A stretch of DNA of 64,000 bases from an uncultured Candidatus Peribacteria bacterium (GTDB lineage: Bacteria > Patescibacteriota > Gracilibacteria > UBA1369 > GWF2-33-10): NCBI GenBank assembly GCA_964511025.1, contig CAZEDK010000001.1:24191-88190 (forward strand), read 5' to 3'. Shown piece after piece: positions 17,158 to 27,900 of the stretch (positions are counted from its first letter, which is position 1; each line of letters starts with the position of its first letter). The position numbers and the translations under genes were made by a program. The notes beneath the pieces were generated by a model. It worked only from the letters and a program-made list of their open reading frames with translations, did not search any database and had not been told where the DNA came from.

Positions 17158-18166
17158 TATAAAAACCCTGCGCTATTTTACCTGCATTTTCCAATAACTG
17201 CAAAGCAGATTGAAAAGTTTGCATACCTTCTTTTTGTCCAATTTGCATTAACGAATAAATTTGTTTTGTTTTACCTTCGGCAATGCAGTTTTTGATACCG
17301 CTGCTTGCCATCATCACTTCACACGCAAGTATTCTGCGACTGTTATCTTTCGAAGCTATCAAATTTTGCGAAACAACACCTGCCAAAGTTGAAGACAGTT
17401 GCGTTTTGACCTGAACCTGCTGTGCTTCAGGAAAAACATCAATGATCCTGTCAATAGTTTGAGGTGCATCAATTGTATGCAAAGTTGAGAAAACCAGATG
17501 ACCGGTTTCAGCAAGAGTCAAAGCCGCTGAAATTGTTTCATAGTCACGCATTTCACCAATCATGACAACATCAGGATCCTCCCTGAGAGAAGATCTTATA
17601 GCATCCAAAAATGAAGAAGTATGATGACCTACCTCTCTTTGTGTAATCATAGCTTTTTTGCTTGTATGAAGAAATTCAATTGGGTCTTCGACAGTTACTA
17701 TGTGACAGGCTCTGTTTTGATTAATTAGATCAATAAGAGAAGCCAAAGTAGTACTTTTACCATTACCTGTAGGACCTGTAACCAGAACTAAACCTTTATT
17801 TAGAGTTGCAAAAGTTTTAACTGAATCCGGTAAATTCAAAGTGTTAATGTCTGGTACAACAGTTGGTATCACTCGAAAAGCCATGCAGTATCCTAAATAA
17901 TCATTATAAATATTGACTCGAAACCTTCCAAGTCCAGGAAGCTCGTAAGCTATATCAAGATCATGTTTAATAGAAAAACTATCTTTTTTATCACCCAAAA
18001 TTTCATCAATAAAAGCTTTGACATCTTCCGATTTAAGAGCGTCAATATTTGATGGGCGATATAAACTGCCATTACTAAGTCTTATTGTTGGCACGTGAGC
18101 AGCTTTAAAATGCACATCAGAAGCTTTGTGCTCTACAACTTGTTTGAGAATTTCTTTAAAATCCAT
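17135..18166 (-). CDS. pilT: Type IV pilus retraction ATPase PilT
   Basis: 343 aa. Walker A GPTGNGKSTT, MIGEMRD, and FSTLHT (His box). The size and the absence of an N-terminal GspE domain fit PilT. Confidence 0.9.
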   Translation of the reverse strand: MDFKEILKQVVEHKASDVHFKAAHVPTIRLSNGSLYRPSNIDALKSEDVKAFIDEILGDKKDSFSIKHDLDIAYELPGLGRFRVNIYNDYLGYCMAFRVIPTVVPDINTLNLPDSVKTFATLNKGLVLVTGPTGNGKSTTLASLIDLINQNRACHIVTVEDPIEFLHTSKKAMITQREVGHHTSSFLDAIRSSLREDPDVVMIGEMRDYETISAALTLAETGHLVFSTLHTIDAPQTIDRIIDVFPEAQQVQVKTQLSSTLAGVVSQNLIASKDNSRRILACEVMMASSGIKNCIAEGKTKQIYSLMQIGQKEGMQTFQSALQLLENAGKIAQGFYRELRVEN

Positions 18167-18221
18167 TTAGAAAGCTTATTAAATCCTAGTATTATAGCAA
18201 AAAATATAGCTTTTATCTATC

Positions 18222-18252
18222 AAAAAAGCTGTAGATTGCTCTACAGCTTTTA
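18222..18252 (-). terminator. Intrinsic terminator downstream of groEL
   Basis: The minus strand reads AAAAGCTGTAGAGCAATCTACAGCTTTTTT: an 8-bp stem AGCTGTAG/CTACAGCT followed by a T-run. It lies between the groEL stop (18302) and the pilT start (18166). Confidence 0.6.
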
Positions 18253-18301
18253 TCTTCACCTTAATACTTAATACTAACCCCATTATACTTAATACGACTC
18301 T

Positions 18302-19987
18302 CTACATCATTCCCCCCATTCCACCCATTCCGCCCATAGCTCCACCTGGCATCATTTCTTTCTCTTCTTTTTGCATATCAGTAATCGCGCACTCCATTGT
18401 AAGAAGGATCGCGGCGATAGATGCTGCATTTTGAAGAGCGCTTCTTGTCACCATCTTCGGATCAATTATTCCGGCAGAGATCATATCAACCATCTCACTC
18501 TTAGCCGCATCAAAACCATAACCGGCTTTGGCCTCTTTCACTTGATTTACAATGACATCACCTTTTTCACCGCTATTGAAAGCAATTTGATAACAAGGCG
18601 CTTCCAAAGCTTTTCTTACAAGATGTATACCTGTTGTCTCATCATCTTCTTCACCTTCCATACTTTCAAGAATTTTACTTGCTTGAAGAAGTGCAGTACC
18701 TCCTCCTGCAACGATTCCTTCACTAACCGCAGCTTTTGTAGCAGACAAAGCGTCTTCAATTCTGTGTTTCTTTTCTTTTAATTCTACTTCAGTTGCCGCA
18801 CCAACCTTGATAACAGCAACTCCTCCCGCAAGCTTAGCAAGTCTTTCTTGTAATTTTTCTCTATCAAAATCAGAATTTGTGATTTCTATCGCTTTTTTAA
18901 TTTGATTAATTCTATCTTCTACATTTTGTTTTGCTCCGGCTCCATCAACAATCGTTGTATTATCTTTTGTTACAACAATTCTACGTGCCTGGCCAAGATA
19001 ACTCTTAACCCTAGCGATTACATCATTCGGCTCTTCTCCTTCTTTTGGTTCACCTATCTTATCCAATTTCAAACCAAGTTCTTCAGAAATCACTTCTCCA
19101 CCTGTAAGAGCAGCAATATCTTTTAACATTTCTTTTCTCCTATCTCCAAACGCCGGAGCCTTGACTGCAACGACATGAAATGTACCTCTAAGTTTATTGA
19201 CAACCAGAGTTCCCAAGGCTTCACCATCAAGATCTTCGGAAATCATTACAAGTTCTTTTTTACCACCCTGAGCTACAGCTTCAAGTACAGGTAAAATTTC
19301 TTGAATTGAGCTGATTTTTTTGTCCGTGATTAATATATCAACATTTTCATATATAGCCTCCATACTTCCAGTATCTGTAACAAAATATGGAGATATATAA
19401 CCTTGATCAAATTGCATCCCTTCAACAACATCCATCTCAAGACCTAATGTTTTGCCTTCTTCCACAGTAATCACTCCATCTTTGCCAACTTTATCCATTG
19501 CCTCTGAAATGATTTTACCTACTTCCTTATCTTGTGCAGAAATAGTAGCGACTTGAGCTATTTCATCACTTAACGTAATTTTTTTAGCCATTTTAGCAAG
19601 TTCTTCCACTATGATGTCAACCGCTTTATGAATACCTTTTTTGAGAACCATAGGATTCGCGCCTGCTGCAACATTTCTAACCCCTTCATGAATCATTGCA
19701 TCAGCAAGCACTGTTGCAGTAGTAGTACCATCACCAGCAATATCATTTGTTTTACTCGCCGCTTCTTTTACAAGCTGAGCTCCCATATTTTCCCATTTAT
19801 TTTCAAATTCTATTTCTTTTGCAATGGTAACTCCATCGTTCGTTATAGTCGGAGCTCCATATTTTTTATCAATTAAAACGTTTCGACCCTTAGGCCCCAT
19901 TGTAACACGTACGGCATCAGTAAGTTTGCGTACTCCTGCTACAACCTTTTGACGAGCATCGTCACCGAATGCAATTTGTTTTGACAT
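18302..19987 (-). CDS. groL: Chaperonin GroEL
   Basis: 561 aa. [12 protein letters not shown] and the GGM-repeat C-terminus ([10 protein letters not shown]). Confidence 0.98.
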   Translation of the reverse strand: MSKQIAFGDDARQKVVAGVRKLTDAVRVTMGPKGRNVLIDKKYGAPTITNDGVTIAKEIEFENKWENMGAQLVKEAASKTNDIAGDGTTTATVLADAMIHEGVRNVAAGANPMVLKKGIHKAVDIIVEELAKMAKKITLSDEIAQVATISAQDKEVGKIISEAMDKVGKDGVITVEEGKTLGLEMDVVEGMQFDQGYISPYFVTDTGSMEAIYENVDILITDKKISSIQEILPVLEAVAQGGKKELVMISEDLDGEALGTLVVNKLRGTFHVVAVKAPAFGDRRKEMLKDIAALTGGEVISEELGLKLDKIGEPKEGEEPNDVIARVKSYLGQARRIVVTKDNTTIVDGAGAKQNVEDRINQIKKAIEITNSDFDREKLQERLAKLAGGVAVIKVGAATEVELKEKKHRIEDALSATKAAVSEGIVAGGGTALLQASKILESMEGEEDDETTGIHLVRKALEAPCYQIAFNSGEKGDVIVNQVKEAKAGYGFDAAKSEMVDMISAGIIDPKMVTRSALQNAASIAAILLTMECAITDMQKEEKEMMPGGAMGGMGGMGGMM

Positions 19988-20047
19988 AGTGTGGAAATTA
20001 TAAATTTTGAATTAATTCTTTAAAATTGATAGCCAATAGCTAACAGC

Positions 20048-20356
20048 TTATTTCTCAATTACCGCTTGAACACTATCGTATTCAATTACCAAATATTCGT
20101 GACCATCTATTTGAAAATTATTTGGACCATATTTACTAAACAAAACAATGTCTCCAACTTTTAGATCCAACTGCTCTCTTTGACCATTTTCCAAAGTTTT
20201 ACCAGGTCCAACTGCAATAACTTCACCTTGTTCAGGTTTTTCTTTTGACACGGTATCAGGAATAATAATCCCTGAAGCTGTCGTTTTGCTGTTGTCTCTT
20301 GGTTTCAAAACAACCCTACTGCCCAAAGGCTTGATAGGACATTTTACAGATGTCAT
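20048..20356 (-). CDS. groS: Co-chaperonin GroES
   Basis: 102 aa. IKPLGSRVVLKP… GDIVLFSKYG are typical of GroES. It lies directly upstream of groEL. Confidence 0.95.
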   Translation of the reverse strand: MTSVKCPIKPLGSRVVLKPRDNSKTTASGIIIPDTVSKEKPEQGEVIAVGPGKTLENGQREQLDLKVGDIVLFSKYGPNNFQIDGHEYLVIEYDSVQAVIEK

Positions 20357-20384
20357 ATATTCTAAAAATTAAGGAATATTTTCA

Positions 20385-20411
20385 TTAGCACTCAAATAGA
20401 CCAAGTGCCAA
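20385..20411. promoter_or_regulatory. CIRCE-like inverted repeat upstream of groES
   Basis: TTAGCACTC-N9-AAGTGCCAA compared with the consensus TTAGCACTC-N9-GAGTGCTAA. The left arm is perfect and the right arm matches 7/9. It starts 29 nt upstream of the groES start. Confidence 0.5.
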
Positions 20412-20500
20412 TTCAGTATATTTAGTAGCTCAATCTAAGTCAAGCTTTTTTATAAATGCCCCCTACCCATTATACTTAATACCTACCCCTAATCCCCTCA

Positions 20501-22030
20501 TCACATCGCATAAGCTTCCGCTCTTTTTTCCCTAATGATATGCACCTCAACAAGCCCCTGATAATCAGCTTCTCCCATTATCTTTTGTACTATTTCCATA
20601 GATAACTTCTTCGCTCTCAAATCATCTATATCTTCAGGATTTACAAAAACCCTCACTTTTCTACCGCTTTGTATAGCATAAACACTTTCAACACCTTCGA
20701 AGCTTTTGGCAATTGATTCAAATTCAGACAATCTCTTGATAAAACTTTCAAGATTTTCTTTTTTCGCTCCAGGCCTATTACTTGAAATTTCTTTCGCAGC
20801 CATCACGACAAAAGCTTCCGCCGATTGGGCTTTCACATTTGGATTTTGAGCTTCTACTATATGAATAATTTCAGGACTTAAATTGAATTTTCTAAGTATA
20901 TCTGCGCTTATTTGAGCATGACTACCTCGAACCTCATGATCAACAGCTTTACCTATCGCATGCAATAATCCGGCTTTTTTTGCCAAATCAGCGTTTGCTC
21001 CAACAGCTTCAGCAATACCTTCAGCCAAAAAAGCAGTCTCAATAGAATGTTTTAATGCATTTTGTCCATAAGAGGTACGAAATCTAAGGCGACCAAGTAT
21101 TTTCAATAAATTGGGTGGAAGGCCGGTTACCCCACTTTCAAAAGCAGCCTTTTCGCCAAGATCTTTTATGAGTATCAAGGTGTCTTTTTTCACCTTATCA
21201 ACAATTTCTTCAATTTTTGCTGGATGAATACGACCATCCGCCACTAATTGCTCAAGTGAAGTTTTTGCAACATACCTTCTGATAGGATCAAAACATGAAA
21301 TCAATATTGAGCCGGGCGTATCATCTACTATAACATCAACTCCAGTAATACGTTCAAAAGCATTTATATTCCTACCTTCTCTACCTATAATTCTTCCCTT
21401 TAGCTCATCACTTTCCAACTGAATAGTGGTTGTAGTGGTTTCAGAAACAACCTCGGCTGAATACTTCTGAATAGCTTCCGCAATCAACATGCGAGCTTTA
21501 TCATTCATTTCTTTTTTCATATCATCTTCCAATCTTTCTATATGTTTTAAAATATCGCCACGAGACTCATCTTCAACTTTCGCAAAAAGGATTTCTCTCG
21601 CTTCATCTTTTGATAAATTGGAAACCTTTTGAAGCTCTTCAGCTTGCTTGTTATATAATTTTTCAACCTCTACTTTTACTTCTCTCACTTTACTAATTTT
21701 AATCTCAAGCTCCTCTTTTGTCTTATCCAAAGTTTCTATTTTCTTCTCCATTTCCTCTTCTTTTCTGAGAAGTCTTTCTTCAGTTTTTCGAATCTCTAAA
21801 TACTTTTGCTGTTGCTCTCTTTGAGCTTCTTGACGCATTTTCAAAGCTTCATTTTGAGCTTGTGAAAGTGTTGTATGCATTTTTTTCTGTGAGATCTGAA
21901 ACTCTTCTTCTTGTTTTTCTCTCTCTTTTTCAAGTTTTTTCTGAAAAAGTAAACGATTCACAATAATTCCAATGACTATACCTAAGAAAATCCCCGGTAC
22001 AAATAGTACCACTGTTGCTGATGTAGGCAT
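20501..22030 (-). CDS. rny: Ribonuclease Y
   Basis: N-terminal TM helix, long Glu/Lys coiled coil, KH region (GRIIGREGRNINAFE) and HD domain (LLHAIGKAVDHE). The track ORF starts at TTG 22042; the ATG at 22030 is preferred. Confidence 0.93.
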   Translation of the reverse strand: MPTSATVVLFVPGIFLGIVIGIIVNRLLFQKKLEKEREKQEEEFQISQKKMHTTLSQAQNEALKMRQEAQREQQQKYLEIRKTEERLLRKEEEMEKKIETLDKTKEELEIKISKVREVKVEVEKLYNKQAEELQKVSNLSKDEAREILFAKVEDESRGDILKHIERLEDDMKKEMNDKARMLIAEAIQKYSAEVVSETTTTTIQLESDELKGRIIGREGRNINAFERITGVDVIVDDTPGSILISCFDPIRRYVAKTSLEQLVADGRIHPAKIEEIVDKVKKDTLILIKDLGEKAAFESGVTGLPPNLLKILGRLRFRTSYGQNALKHSIETAFLAEGIAEAVGANADLAKKAGLLHAIGKAVDHEVRGSHAQISADILRKFNLSPEIIHIVEAQNPNVKAQSAEAFVVMAAKEISSNRPGAKKENLESFIKRLSEFESIAKSFEGVESVYAIQSGRKVRVFVNPEDIDDLRAKKLSMEIVQKIMGEADYQGLVEVHIIREKRAEAYAM

Positions 22031-22379
22031 TTTAGTATACAAATTAAGGACTAAAGGTGCGCTTTAGCTCTTAAAGATATGCAATAAATTGGGCTATTTA
22101 AAAACATTTTTTCCTATACTATCAAGCTATTTTTTTTGAAAAATAACTATTTTATAACATTTTCTCCGCAAAGTTTTTAAACAAATTCGGTTTAAATTAA
22201 ATTTTCACAATATTAGGTCAACATTAATTTTTAATTCATTCTTAATTCAAACATCTTACGCCCAACAGTATTGATTCCTTTAAGACGAACGCTTATTTTT
22301 CTTAACTAACGGTTAGATTGTACAAAAATACCCAACAAAGGTCAACGAACATGAAAATAAGACTTGCGTAATAGAAAAT

Positions 22380-23558
22380 CTATTGCAAAACAGCAATCAA
22401 ATTATTCAAATCATCTAAATTTTTGATTAGAATTTTTTCTTTTGCTTTAAATGACTCAAAGAGTTTTTGCTGTTTTTCATTCATTTCAGATTGATATTTA
22501 ACTTCTATCAATCTTTTATCTTGTGTGAAAAAATCAATTTCTATCGTGTTTTCATATACATACACAGGATTCATTTTTTTTATCATTAAATAAACATAAT
22601 TTTCAAAAATAGCTCCTTTGTCTCTAAACCCATTAAATATCGTTCTGATGCCTAAATCACATGCATATATTTTATTTGGCGAAAGAATTCTCGTATTGGT
22701 TTTGCCGTAACGTTTGATTGAATATATTAAAAAGGTATCTTCAAACATGTTAAGATACCTTTTTGCGCTATCAACAGAGATTGACAATATATTTGCAATT
22801 TTATTAATACTAATTTGCTTTCCAGATCTTTCCATCAAAAGTAAGAATAAATCTTTTAAAATTTCAACATTTTTAATATTATAAAATGATGCTATATCTT
22901 TTTTTAAAATATCATCTATGAGTTCTTTAATGTATTCAATATTACCAGTTAAAACGTACTGAGGTATACCACCTGTCTGCATATAATCTTCAAAATAGAC
23001 ATCTCTCAAATTAGAATCTAATTTCGAAATTTGAATATTTTTGAAAAGCAAATATTCATCAAAATTTAAAGATAATATTTCCACAATGTTAGCTCGTCCA
23101 GTTATAAATGGTTTTTTTGATTTAAGTATTGAAGCACTTGAAGAAGAAGCAAAGATTTTTACATTTTGATTGTCAAAGATATTTTTAAGCTGTAATTCAA
23201 AATCTTCTTTATATGTAACTTCATCAAAAAATAAATATATTTTTTGATGAAATGGAATTCTGTTAATAGCTCTAAAATCCTCAATAATCTCAATAATACT
23301 TTTTTCTCTCAAAAGATAATCGTCTAAACTTACATAAAATAAATGTTTTGGATTAATTTGTTTACTCTCTATAAGATTGTTTATAAGAATTTTCATCAAA
23401 GTCGTTTTCCCAACCCTTCTTAATCCTGTAATCAAAGTTATACTATCCAAAGCGACCTCGCGCTGAAGAATTTGCAAATATTTCTGCCTGACTATATATA
23501 TTGAGGATTGAAAATCTTCTTCCCACCAAGGATTATACCTGAAATAAATTTCTTGCAT
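22380..23558 (-). CDS. AAA-type ATPase with a DUF4143-like C-terminal domain
   Basis: 392 aa. Walker A GLRRVGKTT, Walker B-like YLFFDEV. The layout is typical of AAA_14 plus DUF4143 ATP-binding proteins. Confidence 0.75.
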   Translation of the reverse strand: MQEIYFRYNPWWEEDFQSSIYIVRQKYLQILQREVALDSITLITGLRRVGKTTLMKILINNLIESKQINPKHLFYVSLDDYLLREKSIIEIIEDFRAINRIPFHQKIYLFFDEVTYKEDFELQLKNIFDNQNVKIFASSSSASILKSKKPFITGRANIVEILSLNFDEYLLFKNIQISKLDSNLRDVYFEDYMQTGGIPQYVLTGNIEYIKELIDDILKKDIASFYNIKNVEILKDLFLLLMERSGKQISINKIANILSISVDSAKRYLNMFEDTFLIYSIKRYGKTNTRILSPNKIYACDLGIRTIFNGFRDKGAIFENYVYLMIKKMNPVYVYENTIEIDFFTQDKRLIEVKYQSEMNEKQQKLFESFKAKEKILIKNLDDLNNLIAVLQ

Positions 23559-23726
23559 TTTTATTTTGTTAAAAATTATTGCACAGTAAATTTACTATAC
23601 GCTGTCATCGTACAATTTTGCAAGTTTTTGTGCGTTGCTGTCGTATAGTTTTAGAACTAGACAGCCCCAAAACGAAGTTATAGTATCTAAACAGAATCGA
23701 GAGTTGAAAATTCTATAAATAAAGAC

Positions 23727-24824
23727 ATGCAAACTTTTCTTATCATATTAGGACTTATCATCACTGGAGCTTTGGCTTATTTAATTGTTATTTTTCAAAA
23801 ATCACAAACTGAGAAAGAAGATCCAATGCAAAAACTAATGCTTGAAATGGTGAATAATCTTCGACGCGATTTAAATGAAAGTTCCGGAAAACAAAGAATA
23901 GAACTACAGCAACGTCTTGATAAAATTCACGAACAGATATCAAAACATCAACAAAATTCATCTGACACAATGCAAAAGCAATTTCATCAAAGTGCAAATA
24001 TTATAAAAGAAGTAACCGAGAAATTGACAAAACTCGACGAAACCAATAAGCAAGTTGTAGGTTTTGCCGAACAAATGAAAAGTCTTGAAAATATCCTCAA
24101 AAACCCAAAACAAAGAGGAATTCTTGGTGAATACATGCTGGAAACATTGTTAAATAATGTACTTCAGCCTACTCAGTATCAAATGCAATACAAATTCAAA
24201 AATGGTGAAATTGTTGATGCTGTAATATTCGTAAAAGATAAAATCATTCCAATTGACGCAAAATTTTCACTGGAAAAATACAACAAAATCATGGAAGAAA
24301 GTAACAGCGAAAGAAGAAAAGATTTAGAAACCGCTTTTAAAAACGATGTTAAAATCAGAATCGACGAAACTTCAAAATATATACGAGAAAACGAAGATAC
24401 AATGGAATTTGCATTTATGTTTATTCCCGCAGAAGGTGTTTATTACAACTTACTTATATACAACGTTGGCATGGACATCAACTCGCACAACCTAATTGAA
24501 TATGCTTTTAAGAAAAGAGTTATAATTGTCTCCCCTACGAGTTTTTATGCTTACTTGATTACCGTTTTACAAGGACTCAAAGCGTTACAGATAGAAGAAT
24601 CAGCGAAAGATATTAGAAAAAAAGTTGATGAACTTGCCAGGCACATGAAAGCTTATGAGCAATTTATGATGGAATTGGGCAAAAATCTTGGCACAACTGT
24701 AAATAAGTACAATACTGCACACAATGAATTCAGAAAAATCGATAAGGATATTTATAAAATTACTGAAGGAATACATGGAGGCAATGTCGAAATAATGATA
24801 CTGGACAAACCAAACATAGAATAA
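23727..24824 (+). CDS. rmuC: DNA recombination protein RmuC
   Basis: N-terminal TM helix, coiled coil, then QRGILGEYMLE, IPIDAKF and FMFIPAEGVY, which match the RmuC nuclease-like core. Confidence 0.85.
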   Translation: MQTFLIILGLIITGALAYLIVIFQKSQTEKEDPMQKLMLEMVNNLRRDLNESSGKQRIELQQRLDKIHEQISKHQQNSSDTMQKQFHQSANIIKEVTEKLTKLDETNKQVVGFAEQMKSLENILKNPKQRGILGEYMLETLLNNVLQPTQYQMQYKFKNGEIVDAVIFVKDKIIPIDAKFSLEKYNKIMEESNSERRKDLETAFKNDVKIRIDETSKYIRENEDTMEFAFMFIPAEGVYYNLLIYNVGMDINSHNLIEYAFKKRVIIVSPTSFYAYLITVLQGLKALQIEESAKDIRKKVDELARHMKAYEQFMMELGKNLGTTVNKYNTAHNEFRKIDKDIYKITEGIHGGNVEIMILDKPNIE

Positions 24825-24913
24825 AATATTTTACCAATTTTTTAAGTTCTTTGAAGGAAAATTGAAAACTTCTGTGATAAGAGTATCTCTTGAAGTTTTT
24901 AAATTTCACAATT

Positions 24914-27900
24914 ATGAACAAAAAAATTACTCTAATAATTTTATTAGCCATATTAAACTTAAGCATAATTAGCTATTCAATTTCACAAGCAAATTCTGAT
25001 TACGAAAATAAAATAATTATTAACGAAATCGCGGCATTTGAAGATTCAGGATCTGAATGGATAGAGATTTTAAATCTTTCAGAAAACGCAATTGATTTAA
25101 CCGGTTGGAAATTTTTTGAAGACAGTACAAAACATGGACTTTCAGTTTATAGCGGAGATTTAATTTTGGAAAGCGGTGAATATGCAATTATAGCAGATGA
25201 AGCTGAAACTTTTTCAATAAATCATCCTGAAGTCTCTGGAACGATTATAGATAGCTCTTGGACAAGTTTGAAGGAAAGCGGTGAAGAAATAGGATTAATT
25301 GATAGCGAAACAAATTATGTCGAATTATTTACTTATATCGAAGCTACAAATTTCTCACTTGAAAGAAAGAATCCATATTCTTCCATCTATAATTCTGAAA
25401 ATTGGCAAGAGCATTCAAATTCAGACAGCGCAGGATATCAAAACAGTAATTATTCGATCCCTGCAACAACAAGTAACCAAGGAGAATCTCAATCGGAAAC
25501 ACAACTGGAAATTCCAAACATTCAAGATCTTGAAATATCATTCAATGGAAATTTTATAAATATCAATTTTGAATTCGAAGATGAAGCTCAAAACACCTTA
25601 ATACTAAAATCTGTAAATGAAATTGATGCAACTGTCGATAACGGTAGCTCTTATCAAAAAGGAGATTTTTTAAATAACGCAGAAATCATTAGCGTCCAAA
25701 GCGAAAATGAATTTGATGATTACGATTTCGAAGAAAATCAAAAATATTTTTACAAAATTTTTAGTTATGATGAAGACTTCAATTACAGCGATGGTATCAA
25801 CGGAGAAATAACAATTTCAAATATTACAAATTCCGGAGATTTGATAATCAATGAATTCGTATCCAGTCCAAATGATAGCGAATTAGAATGGATAGAGCTT
25901 TTTAATACTACAGATAATGAAATAAATTTGGAAAATGTCTATTTGACGGATGGAAGCAATACAAAACATTTTTTAAGTGAATCTATAGACTCAAAAAATT
26001 ATAAAATTATTGAAAATTTGAAGTTTGCGTTAAATAATTCAGATGACACGATCAAATTATATAACAATTTTGAACAAGAAATTTATTCAATTTCCTATGG
26101 CAATACAACATTATCAGCTCCAGCAAAAGGTCAAAGTGCCGGACTATATGACAACAAATTTATTATTTTTTCTAATCCGACAAAAGGATATGAGAATAAA
26201 ATTATCAACAACAAAGCAAAAGCAATTATCAAAATACAAAGCGGATCTACTTCCGGCGAAGGCAGTGTAACTATAAATCTTGATGGCAGTGATTCTTACG
26301 ACATAGATGGCGATGAGTTAATCTATGAATGGGATTTTGGTGACGGAACAAAGTCTGACAAAGCAAATCCAAATAGTAAAACATACGAAAAGACAGGAGA
26401 ATATCTAATTTCTCTCAAAGTTACTGATATATGGCAGGAAACTGACATTGACACGCTTGAAATAACAGTCAAAGAAAAATCATCATCAAATAAAACAAAA
26501 AATACAAACAGCAAAAATAAAAAATCACAAAAAAGCAACAAAGAATCGTCAACAAACAACGAAAATAAAAGCGAAGAACCTATCATCTATGATGATTTTT
26601 CGAGCATAAAAATTACTGAATTTATGCCAAATCCAATAGATTCAGACAGTGGCAATGAATGGATAGAACTTTACAATGCAGGCTCAGACACGATTAGTTT
26701 GAATGGACTTCTTCTCGATGATAATGAAGATGGATCAAGCCCTTTTGATCTAAAAAATTACACTATTGCTACAAATTCATATATTGTTATCTATTCAAAA
26801 GATAGCGAGCTGACATTAAATCAATCTGAAGACAAAGTAAGACTGATTTCAAATAATGAAATCATTGATGAGGTTTCATATACCGAAGAAGCAGAAGAAG
26901 GATTTTCTTATGCGCTCATTGATGATAAATGGAAATGGCTGGAAACTGGCAGTCCTGGATACGAGAACACAATAAACGAGGAATATAATCAAGAATCAGA
27001 AGAAATGGATAATGACACTCAATCAGATCAGAATTTAGAAAATTTAGAAATCAAAAATTATTCAAATGCCATATTTATTTCAGAAGTTTTTCCAAATCCA
27101 AGCGGTAAAGACAGTAATCAAGAATGGATAGAATTATTTAACAGCGGTGACAATGTGGCAAACTTGAAAGATTTCAGTCTCGACGATAGCGAAGATGGTA
27201 GCAAAAAGTTCATTTTTAACGAAGGTATTTTTATAGAGCCATATTCTTATTTTTTAATTTATAGTTACGATTCAAAAATCAATCTAAATAATACCGAAGA
27301 TTCAGTACGATTATTTAATCCTGACAAGTTTATTGCTGATCAAATATATTATGAAGAAGCTCCCGAAAATCAAAGTTTTGCACGTTTTGATGGTAATTTT
27401 TTGTGGACTAACAAGCCAACACCAAATAGTATTAATATTTTAAGCGCAGAAAATGAAGAAGACAGTGAGAAAAATATTCAAAAATATCAAAATGGAAATA
27501 TAAGCGAGAATATATTTATAAGCGAAATCCTCCCAAATCCTGAAGGGACAGAAGTCGACAATGAATGGATAGAGATTTATAATAATGATAATAAGGACAT
27601 TAATCTTGGGAATTGGTATTTGATGGATAACAGCAAAAGTGAAAAAAAATACATTTTTCCTGATACAGTGATTTTAAAAGCAAACTCATACCTCATAATA
27701 CCACGCAAAAAATCAAAAATAGCACTCGACAACAGCAAAGATTCATTATATTTGTACGACTTTGATGAAGAGTTAAAATATTCCGTCAGTTATGAAAAAT
27801 CCATTGAAGGTGAAAGTTATGCTTTGGTCAGCATCAATGAAGAAATAGATAATGAAACTAAAGCCTCAATTGTTTATGCAAATGATATAGTGGAAAATAT

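Noticed and set aside
16924-17295. ORFs of 123 aa and 72 aa reading SQLSALSSQLSVLNSQFSAL….
   Set aside because: They are pure translations of the heptanucleotide array, which has no stops in any frame in this orientation. They overlap the pilT 3' end and are not credible genes.
18371-19876. Multiple 70-140-aa ORFs antisense to groEL. Similar antisense ORFs lie inside the T4CP-like gene, ilvD, purL, dnaA, the LTD gene, the orphan ORF, the Bro-N gene and hppA.
   Set aside because: All are fully embedded in strongly supported genes on the other strand. They have biased, low-complexity translations and no independent signals.
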